Shown here: positions 13,344 through 22,838 of the stretch, piece after piece
How the letters are laid out: each line of letters begins with the position of its first letter
How positions within the stretch are numbered: position 1 is the first letter of the stretch
Assembly: GCA_000388065.2 (NCBI GenBank)
Contig: KB932203.1
DNA from: Fonticula alba ATCC 38817
Taxonomy: Eukaryota > Protista > Nucleariida
Length of the DNA stretch: 64,000 nt
Reading direction: 5' to 3' (one strand)
Translations under genes and position numbers: made by a program
Notes under the pieces: generated by a model
Told to the model about the DNA's origin: nothing
Database searches by the model: none
The model's input: only the letters and a program-made list of their open reading frames with translations

Positions 13344-13572
13344 ACGGAGCCTTTTATCTCGTATGTCTGCCCCTGCCTGAGCCCATGCGTATGTTGACTC
13401 CTGCCTGGCAATCGCCGGTCCTAAGGCAGCCGTCCGCGGGCTTGGAAAATACACCTGATAGGCGTGTCCCTCCTCCAGCATGTCATCCCAAACCTTGGCG
13501 CCCACGTCGCACCCTGAGAAGCAGCAGGGCAGGGGGGGGCCGAGGGGAGGTGAGGCCCAGAGGGCCCACGAA

Positions 13573-14141
13573 TGAAACGCTCCGGTTCTGGTATGTGATT
13601 CTGGGGGACCGGTGAGGGCCTTCCCTGAACCACCCAGAGCGTTCCGTCCTGAGAGGGTCACCACTCGGACATGAGTACAACAACAAAAGAAGGGAAAGCT
13701 GGTGATCTGCGTCTTTATGGGGATTACATCAAGGACTAGGTCACACCGCTCCAGAGGGAGCGACGTACGGAGACAGGACTATGGGAAATCAAACCTCCGT
13801 AAGAGAGAATGACTATCCTTCAAGGTGCTGAGTCCTTGGAGGGGAGGCAGGAACGGGGGCCCCTTATATAGGGTGCCCAGAAAAGGGGGAATACATGGGA
13901 ATACATGGGAATTGAGAGAGAATGGGTGGCGTCGCCCTTCCGGCGACGCCAGCACCCCCCAACGGGGAAGTGCAGGTCGACTAGTGGACCTCGTTGCTAT
14001 ACGATCACGTGAAGGTCATGACCAGATCTAGCAGGGATGTGGCAGCAGGGGGAAAACAGAGCAGGGCGAGGTGAGGCAGGTGCGGAGGAGGTGAGCGGAG
14101 CGAAGTTCCGACGCAATGTCGGAGGTGACATTATGGTTACA
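13573..14141 (-). repeat. 3' LTR (569 bp)
   Basis: Matches 17805-18269 in both sequenced parts; on the element strand it begins TGTAACC and ends GTTTCA. Confidence 0.95.
13864..13870 (-). promoter_or_regulatory. TATA box (TATATAA) of the LTR promoter
   Basis: + strand ttatata = minus-strand TATATAA, 37 nt upstream of the LTR segment complementary to the PBS. Confidence 0.6.
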
Positions 14142-14739
14142 TTGGTGTTTTGAAAAGCGAACCCATCGATTTGGATCGTCGTGGGGACGATGGGTTCGCT
14201 CTTCGAATGTCACTATTATCGCACTGTGGCGACACTGGGTGGGGGATGGGAACCCCCCGCCGTGACAAAGTCACTCTTGTGCGCTCTCGCTTCTGACATC
14301 CAATCGGTCGGCCCCGAGCGTCTGCTCGGGTGCATTGCTGAATCTGTCATTCAGGGTGTACCGTGTACGGGTGTCGTCAAGCGTGAGTTGGGGTGGCAGT
14401 TTCTGCACTTGGTCGAGAAAAAAAAAAAATTTCCTGGATATATATCCTTGGAGAGTCTGGACGAGTGCTAGATTGTTGCCTTTCACTTGGGGTTTTCGCC
14501 TGGGTTGAGTAGATACTCGGGCGATGGTTCGCTTAGCGCCTTTTGAGATTGCGCTCTTGCTTGTTTAGTTCAACATACACTGAATCTCCTTTGGTGATGC
14601 CGTGCGGATGCGAGTCTTCGAGCAGGCGCTCACGCCGCTGGATGATTGCAATTTCCGCTTTGACGGTGACTTTTTTACCTGATTTGGTCTAGATCGTCGG
14701 GTACCTGCATCGGAGGCGTGCGGTTGTACGGGAAACCTT

Positions 14740-17079
14740 TTAGGGGGCGAACATGAGGTCGTCCTTTTGCTTGTCCGGAAGTCCGGTGAGCATGTGGTAG
14801 GTCGAGTATCCGGTGTAGTTGGAGATGGGATTATAACTGGTAGCTGCTTGCTGACTAGGCAGGTACCACGCTCCAAGGGTGTGAGGACTCCCGAGGAGAG
14901 GATCGTGAGACTTTGCTTCCACGATCGGATGGCCCTTTTGATCAGGCCATTGGACTGAGAGCTTGTAGGCAATTGCGATCTCTGTCTGGATGCCTATGCT
15001 GCAGTGTCTCTTTCCAGTGGCTGCTGGTGAAGACTCGTTCATTGTCGGTCTTGATGTACTTGGGCATGGCGGCTTTGCGCTGGGGCCTTGATCGTATTCA
15101 GCAAGGAGACTGAAGGGACGATTACCTCGTGGTGCTTGTTGAAGTTCAAATCAAGGACTGACGAGGAGGCGGATTGCTGCTGGTGCATTGGGAGCTCGCC
15201 CATGTGAGTGGGAAAGATGGCACATATGTCAGCACGTGGATGAGCTTCGCCTTGGGCGAAGTCTTTGTTTGTTTGGCCTGCATGGGGTTGTAAGGGAGCA
15301 CATCCATAGGATGGGAATATGCTGTTCGTCCACCTGCATGGGGGTCTGGAATGTCCCATGGCCACCACGTTTTTGCTACCGGGCGAGTGGTAGATTCTAG
15401 GCCGGGGATACTAGCTAGCGCGTTCGTGGCTCGGAGGATGCGAGGGAGGTGCGACTTCTGGCTGTATCAGTGCACGTTGACAGAGTGGTCGGTGAGGATG
15501 GTTACTGGCCACCCATGGTGGGGCTAGTGGTCCCACTGACTCAGTGTATGCACCATCACCAAGCACTCGCGTTCATGCGAGGGTAGCGTGTCTCTGGGGC
15601 ACTCGATTTCCTTGAGAAGTAGGAAATGGGCTTGAGTTGCCGAAGGATCCTTGACCAATTCTCCTCATCCTCATTTGGAGCGTACTGGCCAGTTTCGATG
15701 GTCTTAGAGTCCTTTTGTAGAAACACTACACCGATGCCAATGTCGGAAGCATCGATGTTTAGCACGTAGGGGGCGGCACTTGTTATTGGCACCAGGACCG
15801 GTACCCCTTGCTCGTGCGAAGAGTGGAGCATGGACCTCCGCAGCATGCGAGATCCATTCCATAACATAGTTGATCATACCGAGCAAGCTTCGCTGCTCGG
15901 TAACTCGCTCCGGTCGCGGCACTGTCTTGATGCAGGCGAGCCTGTCGAAAGTGATATCTACCTGGCCTTTGCCGATTCTGTGGCTCAGGAAGACAACTTC
16001 ATCCACGCCAAAATGACACTTCTCATTGTTGATGTTGGCGTGGCAATCGTGGAGGAGTTTCAACACCTGCTTTACGTGCTGAATGGGCTCGTCTTCGGAG
16101 GACGAGTAGATGAGAATATCGTCCACACAGGTTACCGCGAAATCCTGCACGGGCAGCAGGACTTGGTCCATGGCGGTGGTGAAAACCGGAGTGGGAATGT
16201 TGAGACCAAAGGGCATGCGCTTCCAGCGATAGTACTCATCGTGGAAGCGGAAGCGAAGACAGTCCCGGCTGTTCGAATCCACCGGGATGTGAAAGAAAGC
16301 ATTGAAGAGGTCTAGGGCAGAGAAGCCCCGCGCAGCGGCGGCTTCTTTGAGCAGAAGTTGGGCCCGAGGAATGGGGGCCTCGATCATCTTGACGAACTGG
16401 TTGGCCACGCGGAGGTCGGTGTGGACATGGTGCTTGTCGGTGCCGGGCTTTGGCACGACGATTAGGTGGGCGGCGGAGATATGCTCGGTAGCCTTCTCGA
16501 GGGCGTTACGTAGCTCAGTGGCGATGCTGATGCGCATGCCTGTTGTGCCGGGGTCCAGTGAAGGGTCAAGATTGTTGGAGTTCAGCTCAATATTCAGGGG
16601 TGTGGGGTGCTCAGACAGCTCGCGAGTCTTCTAAGCAAGCTCCCCACATTCAGGGCACATAGAGCCCTGGTAAGCAGGAACCTGAGTCTGAGCATGACCT
16701 GAGGGGTCGATGTCGAAGTGGAGGTCATGCTGCAGATGAGACGGAGGACTTGGTAGATGGTCCTCCAGTGGGCGTTCAAGAGGCAGGGAGGAGGATGCGC
16801 TTTCCTCCACCGAGGCCTGGAACGCGGGGTATAGACGCTTGGCTGTCTGCTAGAAGAGCAGAGAGCCTCGCAGGGAATTGTCGGTGACGCAGAGTCAGAT
16901 ACGCACGGGCTCGGTGTTGCGTCCAGAGGAAGTGATCTCCATAGAGCCCCGCAGCTTGTGGGCGGGTACAGTGGCCTGTGCGATGAAAGAGAGGTCGGGG
17001 CGATGCTCAGGTAGGGTCTCTTGGATCCAGCGAGGAATGGGGAGACTTCGACTCCGGTGTCGATGAGATGTGGGAGCAT
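14740..17079 (-). pseudogene. Degenerate pol (protease, reverse transcriptase, RNase H, integrase) with frameshifts and stops
   Basis: Protease LIDTG. RT: IVVPKPG..DLR..N, FSALDLFNAFFHIP, RMPFGL, and CVDDILIYS in place of Y(V)DD. RNase H: VLNIDASDIGIGVV, PISYFSRK, VTILTDH. Integrase: QSNGLIKR and YNP...TGYSTYHMLTG. These lie in different frames. Confidence 0.88.
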
Positions 17080-17089
17080 GTGCCCGACG

Positions 17090-17690
17090 TCATGTCGAGG
17101 TTGACGATGAGGTTACCGCTCGAGAAGCGCTCAGCCTCTCGCGCGATTGACGTCTCCTCTTGCAGGATCCGCCACCTGAATGTGGTTGGCCTGCGCCGGG
17201 GGCCGCCAGGGTAGCGGGTTCTTTCGGCTTGGTGAATGAGCGACGGTCTCTGCTCGTGGTGCCCTCCTTGGTTTCGTGGTGCTTCCTCGCACCAGTCGCC
17301 TTTGCTGGGACACGGGTGCCGTGCTCTTGCTTTGGGCGCGTAGTGTAGTCGCCTTGTTGGTTTGGGGCTCGGAATGAGACATCGAGCTGAGGAGCAGCCG
17401 GGTGAAACAGGCATTGCTCGAGTGTGTCCCGCTGACTCATGGGGCAGACTGGATCCTGGGCCATGTCGTGGTGTGTTGTCCTGAACGCTTAGGACAGAGT
17501 AGTCGTTCGCGACCGCTGCATGGATGATCAAGGCGTTGACGCCGATATCCACGCTGCGATTGCCGGATCCGAAGGATTGAATCGTGATGCATACGCCATT
17601 GACGCCCACACTCAGGGGTCGTTGTGGATCGTTAAGGAACTCCACGATCTCAGCGTAGAGCTCGACCAGGGTGCATCGCGGTTGCACGAT
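17090..17690 (-). pseudogene. Probable degenerate gag region
   Basis: Lies between the PBS and the protease; fragmented ORFs (TLVELYAEIVEFLNDP..., MAQDPVCP...CLFHP). No diagnostic motif confirmed. Confidence 0.4.
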
Positions 17691-17790
17691 CAATGAGGGA
17701 GGCCAGGAGAAGGCGAGGACGAAAGAACGGAAAGGGGGGGGGGGGAGAGGGGGGGGAGAGGGGTTAACCAGTATTGGCCTAAGCCAAGAG

Positions 17791-17804
17791 ACCTTGAAGG
17801 ATAG
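17791..17804 (-). promoter_or_regulatory. Primer-binding site of self-priming type
   Basis: Minus-strand CTATCCTTCAAGGT directly abuts the 5' LTR and is the exact complement of LTR-internal ACCTTGAAGGATAG (minus strand of 13813-13826). It has no TGG tRNA-type start. Confidence 0.8.
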
Positions 17805-18269
17805 TGAAACGCTCCGGTTCTGGTATGTGATTCTGGGGGACCGGTGAGGGCCTTCCCTGAACCACCCAGAGCGTTCCGTCCTGAGAGGGTCACCACTCGG
17901 ACATGAGTACAACAACAAAAGAAGGGAAAGCTGGTGATCTGCGTCTTTATGGGGATTACATCAAGGACTAGGTCACACCGCTCCAGAGGGAGCGACGTAC
18001 GGAGACAGGACTATNNNNNNNNNNNNNNNNNNNNNNNNNNNNNNNNNNNNNNNNNNNNNNNNNNNNNNNNNNNNNNNNNNNNNNNNNNNNNNNNNNNNNN
18101 NNNNNNNNNNNNNNNNNNNNNNNNNNNNNNNNNNNNNNNNNNNNNNNNNNNNNNNNNNNNNNNNNNNNNNNNNNAGGGGGAAAACAGAGCAGGGCGAGGT
18201 GAGGCAGGTGCGGAGGAGGTGAGCGGAGCGAAGTTCCGACGCAATGTCGGAGGTGACATTATGGTTACA
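17805..18269 (-). repeat. 5' LTR (middle in N gap 18015-18174)
   Basis: 17805-18014 and 18175-18269 match the corresponding parts of 13573-14141 with no difference seen by eye. Confidence 0.92.
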
Positions 18270-18304
18270 ACGAACAAATAGTCATGAAGTCCACAGAGAC
18301 TCAT

Positions 18305-18376
18305 GTGGATATCGTATAGTGGTTAGTATAAGTGGTTGTGGCCCACTCGGCCCCAGTTCGATTCTGGGTATCCACA
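18305..18376 (+). tRNA. tRNA-His (GTG)
   Basis: 72-nt cloverleaf: acceptor GTGGATA/TATCCAC, D-arm GTAT-AGTGGTTA-GTAT, anticodon stem AGTGG/CCACT with loop TTGTGGC, T-arm CCCAG-TTCGATT-CTGGG, discriminator A. Confidence 0.95.
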
Positions 18377-18382
18377 CTTGTA

Positions 18383-18389
18383 TTTTTTT
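18383..18389 (+). terminator. Pol III oligo-T terminator of tRNA-His
   Basis: T7 run starting 7 nt after the tRNA 3' end. Confidence 0.8.
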
Positions 18390-18751
18390 GGTTCGGGGCC
18401 TGTGTCCCCTGGACCGCCACCTCGTTATTGATGCCTCTCCCGTGTGTGCGGGCTCATGTCGGCTGTGCGTTCCCCTTGCACAAGCCCTCATGAGCGGCTT
18501 ACCTTCGGACAAGATGATCTCGCAGGAAGAGGCGCCTGGTGCTTTGGGCCCACCACCGCTCATGTCCCACCGCCCCCCCCCCCCATGGTTGCCCTCGCGC
18601 GTCGCGCCGAGAGTCGGAGTCGTTTCCACAGCACAGGGAGAGGTGTCTCGATTGATGGTGAGCGCGATCAGCATGCTGTTTGTGGCCGATTGGCGAAGCC
18701 ACGGCTTGTCTATTTTCTTCTTTTTTTTTGGTGCTCTGTCTTCCTCGCCGA

Positions 18752-19961
18752 TCATCCACCAGGAGCAGGCTCGGAGTCTGCCTCGGAAGAAGGCTCATCG
18801 CCGGAGGGAGCCGTTGGGCCGGCCAATAGCCCAGCCACCTCCGGCCATGAGGGCAACCACCGGGGGTCCACCAGTGGGCGTATCCGGCCCATATCAAAAA
18901 GCTCAATGAACTGCTGGTCCATGGCACGCTCCTTGGGAGCCGAGTAAAGGCGGTACTCGCGGCAGATGCTGGTGTGTGACCAACGAAGGTATCGCCGGAG
19001 AAGCCCGACCAAACAGCCGGTCCGATGCTTGCCCTTATTGCAATGGATGAGGACAGGATGGTTGCGCCGGTCTGGGCAACGGGTGCATCAAGGGAGTGGA
19101 AGGGGACAAGGGGGGGGGGGGGGGGGGGGGAGGGGGAGGCGTGTCGAGTGGTGAGAAACAGCCCTCTGCAGGGGCAAAGGAGGGCAAATGCAGAAATTCC
19201 CGGCACGCACCAAGCAGAGCAGCCAGAGCAAGGGCCATCTTCGGCTCGGGGATGTCGACAAAGGGCTCCTTGTTGCCGGGGACACCGAACTGAAGCAATT
19301 GGATGTTGTTTTCCTCCATAAATCGAAGATTCGGCTCTGGATAGTCCTCCAAGATGAGGGTCCTGTTGGGGGATGTCAGTCCATGCCAGCGACACAACCC
19401 CGATGCAGGATGGCAAGAAAGGGCGGTGATGGGAGAGGGGGAGAGGGAGGAGGGAGAGAGAGGGGCATGGGGGGAAGGGGGATCGGCAGGATGACCAACG
19501 CACAGGATCGAGCGAAGTTTGATGTGTTTGAGGAAGCGAAAGTTCTTCTTACGCGGAAAGCCAGACCGATATACCCCAGGGGTGACGAGGGCGAAGTTTT
19601 CTGGCGGACAAAGAGGCTGGAAGAGCTCATTATCGGCATCGGGTGCCAGGGCAAAGCTACTGGATGCCAAGTGAGTGATATTCTGCCGGGAATATTGGCC
19701 CGGCCCGCCTCCATTGGGCGCCCCAGACTCGGGCAGGTCGGCCGAAACAAAAGACCGCGGCGAGCCGCTCGGCGGAGATTGGCCAGACAGTAACAGAGGA
19801 GACCGATGGGCATGGGGGAGGTGCTCGGGCAACAGAGCTGGCGAAGTCCGTCCCAGGGAAGCGGCGGTGTCCGAGCCGGTGGAGATGGAAAAGCTGGCCA
19901 GTGCAGCACCAGGTGCTGGCTGGGCCGCCAGGGCGCTGAGGCTTGCGTCTGGAGTGGACAT
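18752..19961 (-). CDS. SIW14: SIW14/OCA-family dual-specificity (inositol pyrophosphate) phosphatase
   Basis: PPENFALVTPGVYRSGFP, LILEDYP, GNKEPF, active-site NHPVLIHCNKGKHRTGCLVG, and EYRLYSAPKERAMDQQFIELFD. Two introns. An N gap just upstream means the start could be earlier. Confidence 0.88.
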
Positions 19962-20663
19962 CAGGCNNNNNNNNNNNNNNNNNNNNNNNNNNNNNNNNNN
20001 NNNNNNNNNNNNNNNNNNNNNNNNNNNNNNNNNNNNNNNNNNNNNNNNNNNNNNNNNNNNNNNNNNNNNNNNNNNNNNNNNNNNNNNNNNNNNNNNNNNN
20101 NNNNNNNNNNNNNNNNAGAAGAAGAGAGGGGGGCAAGGTCGTGCGCGCGCGCGCGCGGGGAAGATGGCCAGCAAAATATGTGGGTCAATGAGGGGGAGTG
20201 GAGTGTCGGGCTGCCTGCCACGAACTCGGCGGCCCCTGGGAGCTGGCCTAACAATGAACACCTTTCCCCAAGTCAATTGGGCGTCCCCCCCCCCCCTGTC
20301 ACACATATCTACCTACCGATTTTCTTTTGCCTTGCGAATTGCCATCAACCGATGACCCTCGATTTTGGGCCGGCCTTTTTGTTTTCATGCCCCCGCCCCC
20401 ACACCCCGAGGAGCAAATCCCGATTTTGGGCCCCCCTCCTCCCCCACCTCGCGGCTCTGCCGTGGCCTCTGTTCCAACGGGCGAGGGGGCACCAATGCAC
20501 ATGGGCGCCCCGCTGCGCATTGTCCCCCGTCCGCATTGTCAGCCGACGAGAGAGAGATCGGCGAGAACAGCGAAACCGAAGAGAAGGGATGTTTTTTGTA
20601 TTTGATCAAAAGAGGGACGGCTACCAGCACGGGGAGGTATGAAACAGATGGACGGATGCACGC

Positions 20664-20700
<37 letters not shown>

Positions 20701-21101
20701 GCGGGGGAGGGGATGGAGGCAGACAGGGGGAAGGTCCGTGGAAGTGAACTTCAGCGCCACAGGCCGACCCTCCACTCACCTACATGCCATATGTATCAGC
20801 AGCATGGGAAACGCACGCCTCGTCGAGGGGCGGCCGTGCACATGTATGTACATGAACCCAACCGCCCCCCCGCCCACCCCCTCACCCTCTGCCGGACGAC
20901 TCCGGAAGGAGTGTGGAAGATGATGGTAGTAAAAGGACCGCCGACTCGAAGAGAAGAGAGACATCATGAGGAGGAGGGAGGTGGACCGACGGGGAGGGGA
21001 GAAGACGTGGGGAGGCGGAGACACGGGTCACCACAATCGCCCCGTCTGTCTGATGGAGGACAGGAGGGGGACTGGGCGCGCCCAGCGGAAGATGAGGACA
21101 C

Positions 21102-22394
21102 TTACTTCTGGCGGGAGACCAGCTTGCTGGCGAGCTCATTGGCCAGGTCGGTCTGGAGCTTGGTATCAGCGCGGGGGCGGGTGGAGCGCAGATCATTGAC
21201 AATGTCCATGGTCTTGCTGAAGTACACCTCATGCAGGGTGTTACGCATGGTGATCTCCATCTGCTCGATCATGCGACCGATGTGAACCAGGTGCGAGTCG
21301 AAGGTCTCAATCTGGGGGATAGTCAGCTCGGACTGACGGGTCAGGTTGCCAGACAGGTTGAGGGCGGCGCTGTCGGCGGTGGTGGAGTCCATGTTCAGGA
21401 TGACCGTGGAGGTCAGGCGGTAGGTCGAGGGGGACTGGGGGTGCTCGGTGGCGACGTCGAAGACATGGATCGAGTCCCAGGAGCCGGACATCTTGGTGGA
21501 GCCCTCACCGGCTGTGTACATGTGCGTGGGTGCGGGTGCGGGTGCGGGTGCGGGTGTGGGGGTATTCGTGCGTGTCGGGTGGTCAGAACATGGACCGAGA
21601 GGGAGGCAAGGGGCAAGCAAAGGAGAAGGAGTGTGGCAGGGCGCTCTGATGGGGAATTGGACGCACTCTTCTTGATCAGGACAACACCAGCAAAGCCAGT
21701 GTCGAGGTCCCAGAGGTAGACGGAGGAAACACCACCCTCGAAGTAGCTATTTATCAGGGAGAAAGGGAGAAAGGGAGAGAGGGTGAGCGAGTGAGTGAGC
21801 GAAGTGGCGAGCGGGCGCAATGTAGGCAATCCGGCGACGCACAGGCTGCGGTAGGTGTCGAAGGCATCGTTGGCCAGGATCTCCAGGTTGCGGAGCTTGT
21901 CGCTGGGGTAGTTGGCATCCGGCAGGCTGGGCTGGAACTTGTTGGACCAGGGGGAGCTGTGAGGGGAGGGGCGAGGAGGTCAGCATTTGGTGGAAGACAC
22001 GTCACGTCGGGGAGGGGAAGGTGGGAGGGATGGGATCCACTTACCGGTAGGAGTCGGCATCACGGTTGTAGTCGCAAAGGAGGAAGGTCTTGCCAGTGGT
22101 GTTGCAGACGCTGGTCTTGAGGGGCTGATCAACAGTGGACAGCAGGTCCTCAGTCAGATCGGGGACCAGGGTGATGAGCTTGAGGAGGTTCTGCTCGGTG
22201 TGCAGGGGCGGCAGGCGACGCATCAGGTCGAGAGCGCAGTCGAAGGAGTCGGCCTATTGGAGGAGGGGCGGTCGGCGGAGAGGGGATGGGGAGGGGGGGG
22301 AGACACAAAAAAGCAGAGCAAGAGCGTGAGCGGGGCAAGACGCAAGAGCGGCCAAAGGCGGACAGGGAGGAGGGGCGCAAAGATGACATACCAT
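21102..22394 (-). CDS. CAPZB: F-actin capping protein beta subunit
   Basis: ATG|gtatgt, then [36 protein letters not shown]|[70 protein letters not shown]; stop at 21102-21104. Confidence 0.97.
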
Positions 22395-22575
22395 TTTGGA
22401 TGTGGGTGTCTTGTGCCAGGAGAATGGGAAAGAACAGGCGGAGGGGGGGAAATGAGAAAAGTAGCGCGGCCTTGAGAGGAACAAGGAGGGAGGAGTTAGC
22501 CAGGACAAGAGCACGGAAAGGGGGGAGGAGGAGCAGGAGGAGGAGGAGGAGGAGGAAGGGCGGAAGTGCGTTCAT

Positions 22576-22838
22576 GGCAATGTCACGGGTGCGAGTGAGC
22601 CGGAGAGAAAGAGACAGGCGGGGCGGCGGCCAGCGGTGGCAGGGGCAGAAAGGAGGGGGAGGAGCGGAGAGGGACAAGGCCGTGGAAGCGGGGGAGAGGA
22701 AAATGTCATGGGTGGAGGGGGGGGGGGGGGGGGCAATGTCACGGGTGCGAGTGAGCCGGAGAGAAAGAGACAGGCGGGGCGGCGGCCAGCGGTGGCAGGG
22801 GCAGAAAGGAGGGGGAGGAGCGGAGAGGGACAAGGCCG
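22576..22838. repeat. Tandem ~156-bp direct repeat running into an N gap
   Basis: The unit starting ggcaatgtcacgggtgcgagtgagccgg occurs at 22576 and 22732. The second copy is cut by the gap, so this may be a contig-end artefact. Confidence 0.5.

Larger units (their letters stand above)
13573..18269 (-). mobile_element. Full-length Ty3/gypsy (Metaviridae) LTR retrotransposon with decayed gag-pol and intact termini
   Basis: Direct LTRs 13573-14141 and 17805-18269, both TG...CA. 5-bp TSD ACGAA at 13568-13572 and 18270-18274. Minus-strand domain order is gag - protease (LIDTG) - RT - RNase H - integrase, the gypsy order. Confidence 0.95.

Noticed and set aside
14142-14160. TTGGTGTTTTG... after the left LTR could be a tRNA-type PBS, with GAAGGATAG before the right LTR as a PPT, for a plus-strand element with antisense ORFs
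   Set aside because: pol, the TATA box, the 14-nt self-complementary PBS and the G.U wobble in the 3' hairpin all point to minus-strand orientation, and I recognise no tRNA 3' end matching it.
14142-14560. Possible chromodomain or extra (env-like) ORF after integrase, including + strand ORF 14181-14471
   Set aside because: No chromodomain or GPY/F motif is recognisable in any frame, and the ORFs are short and featureless.
22576-22838. 156-bp tandem repeat and the long Arg/Gly-rich ORFs running through it
   Set aside because: It abuts a gap and may be a contig-end artefact; the ORFs are long only because N runs contain no stop codons.
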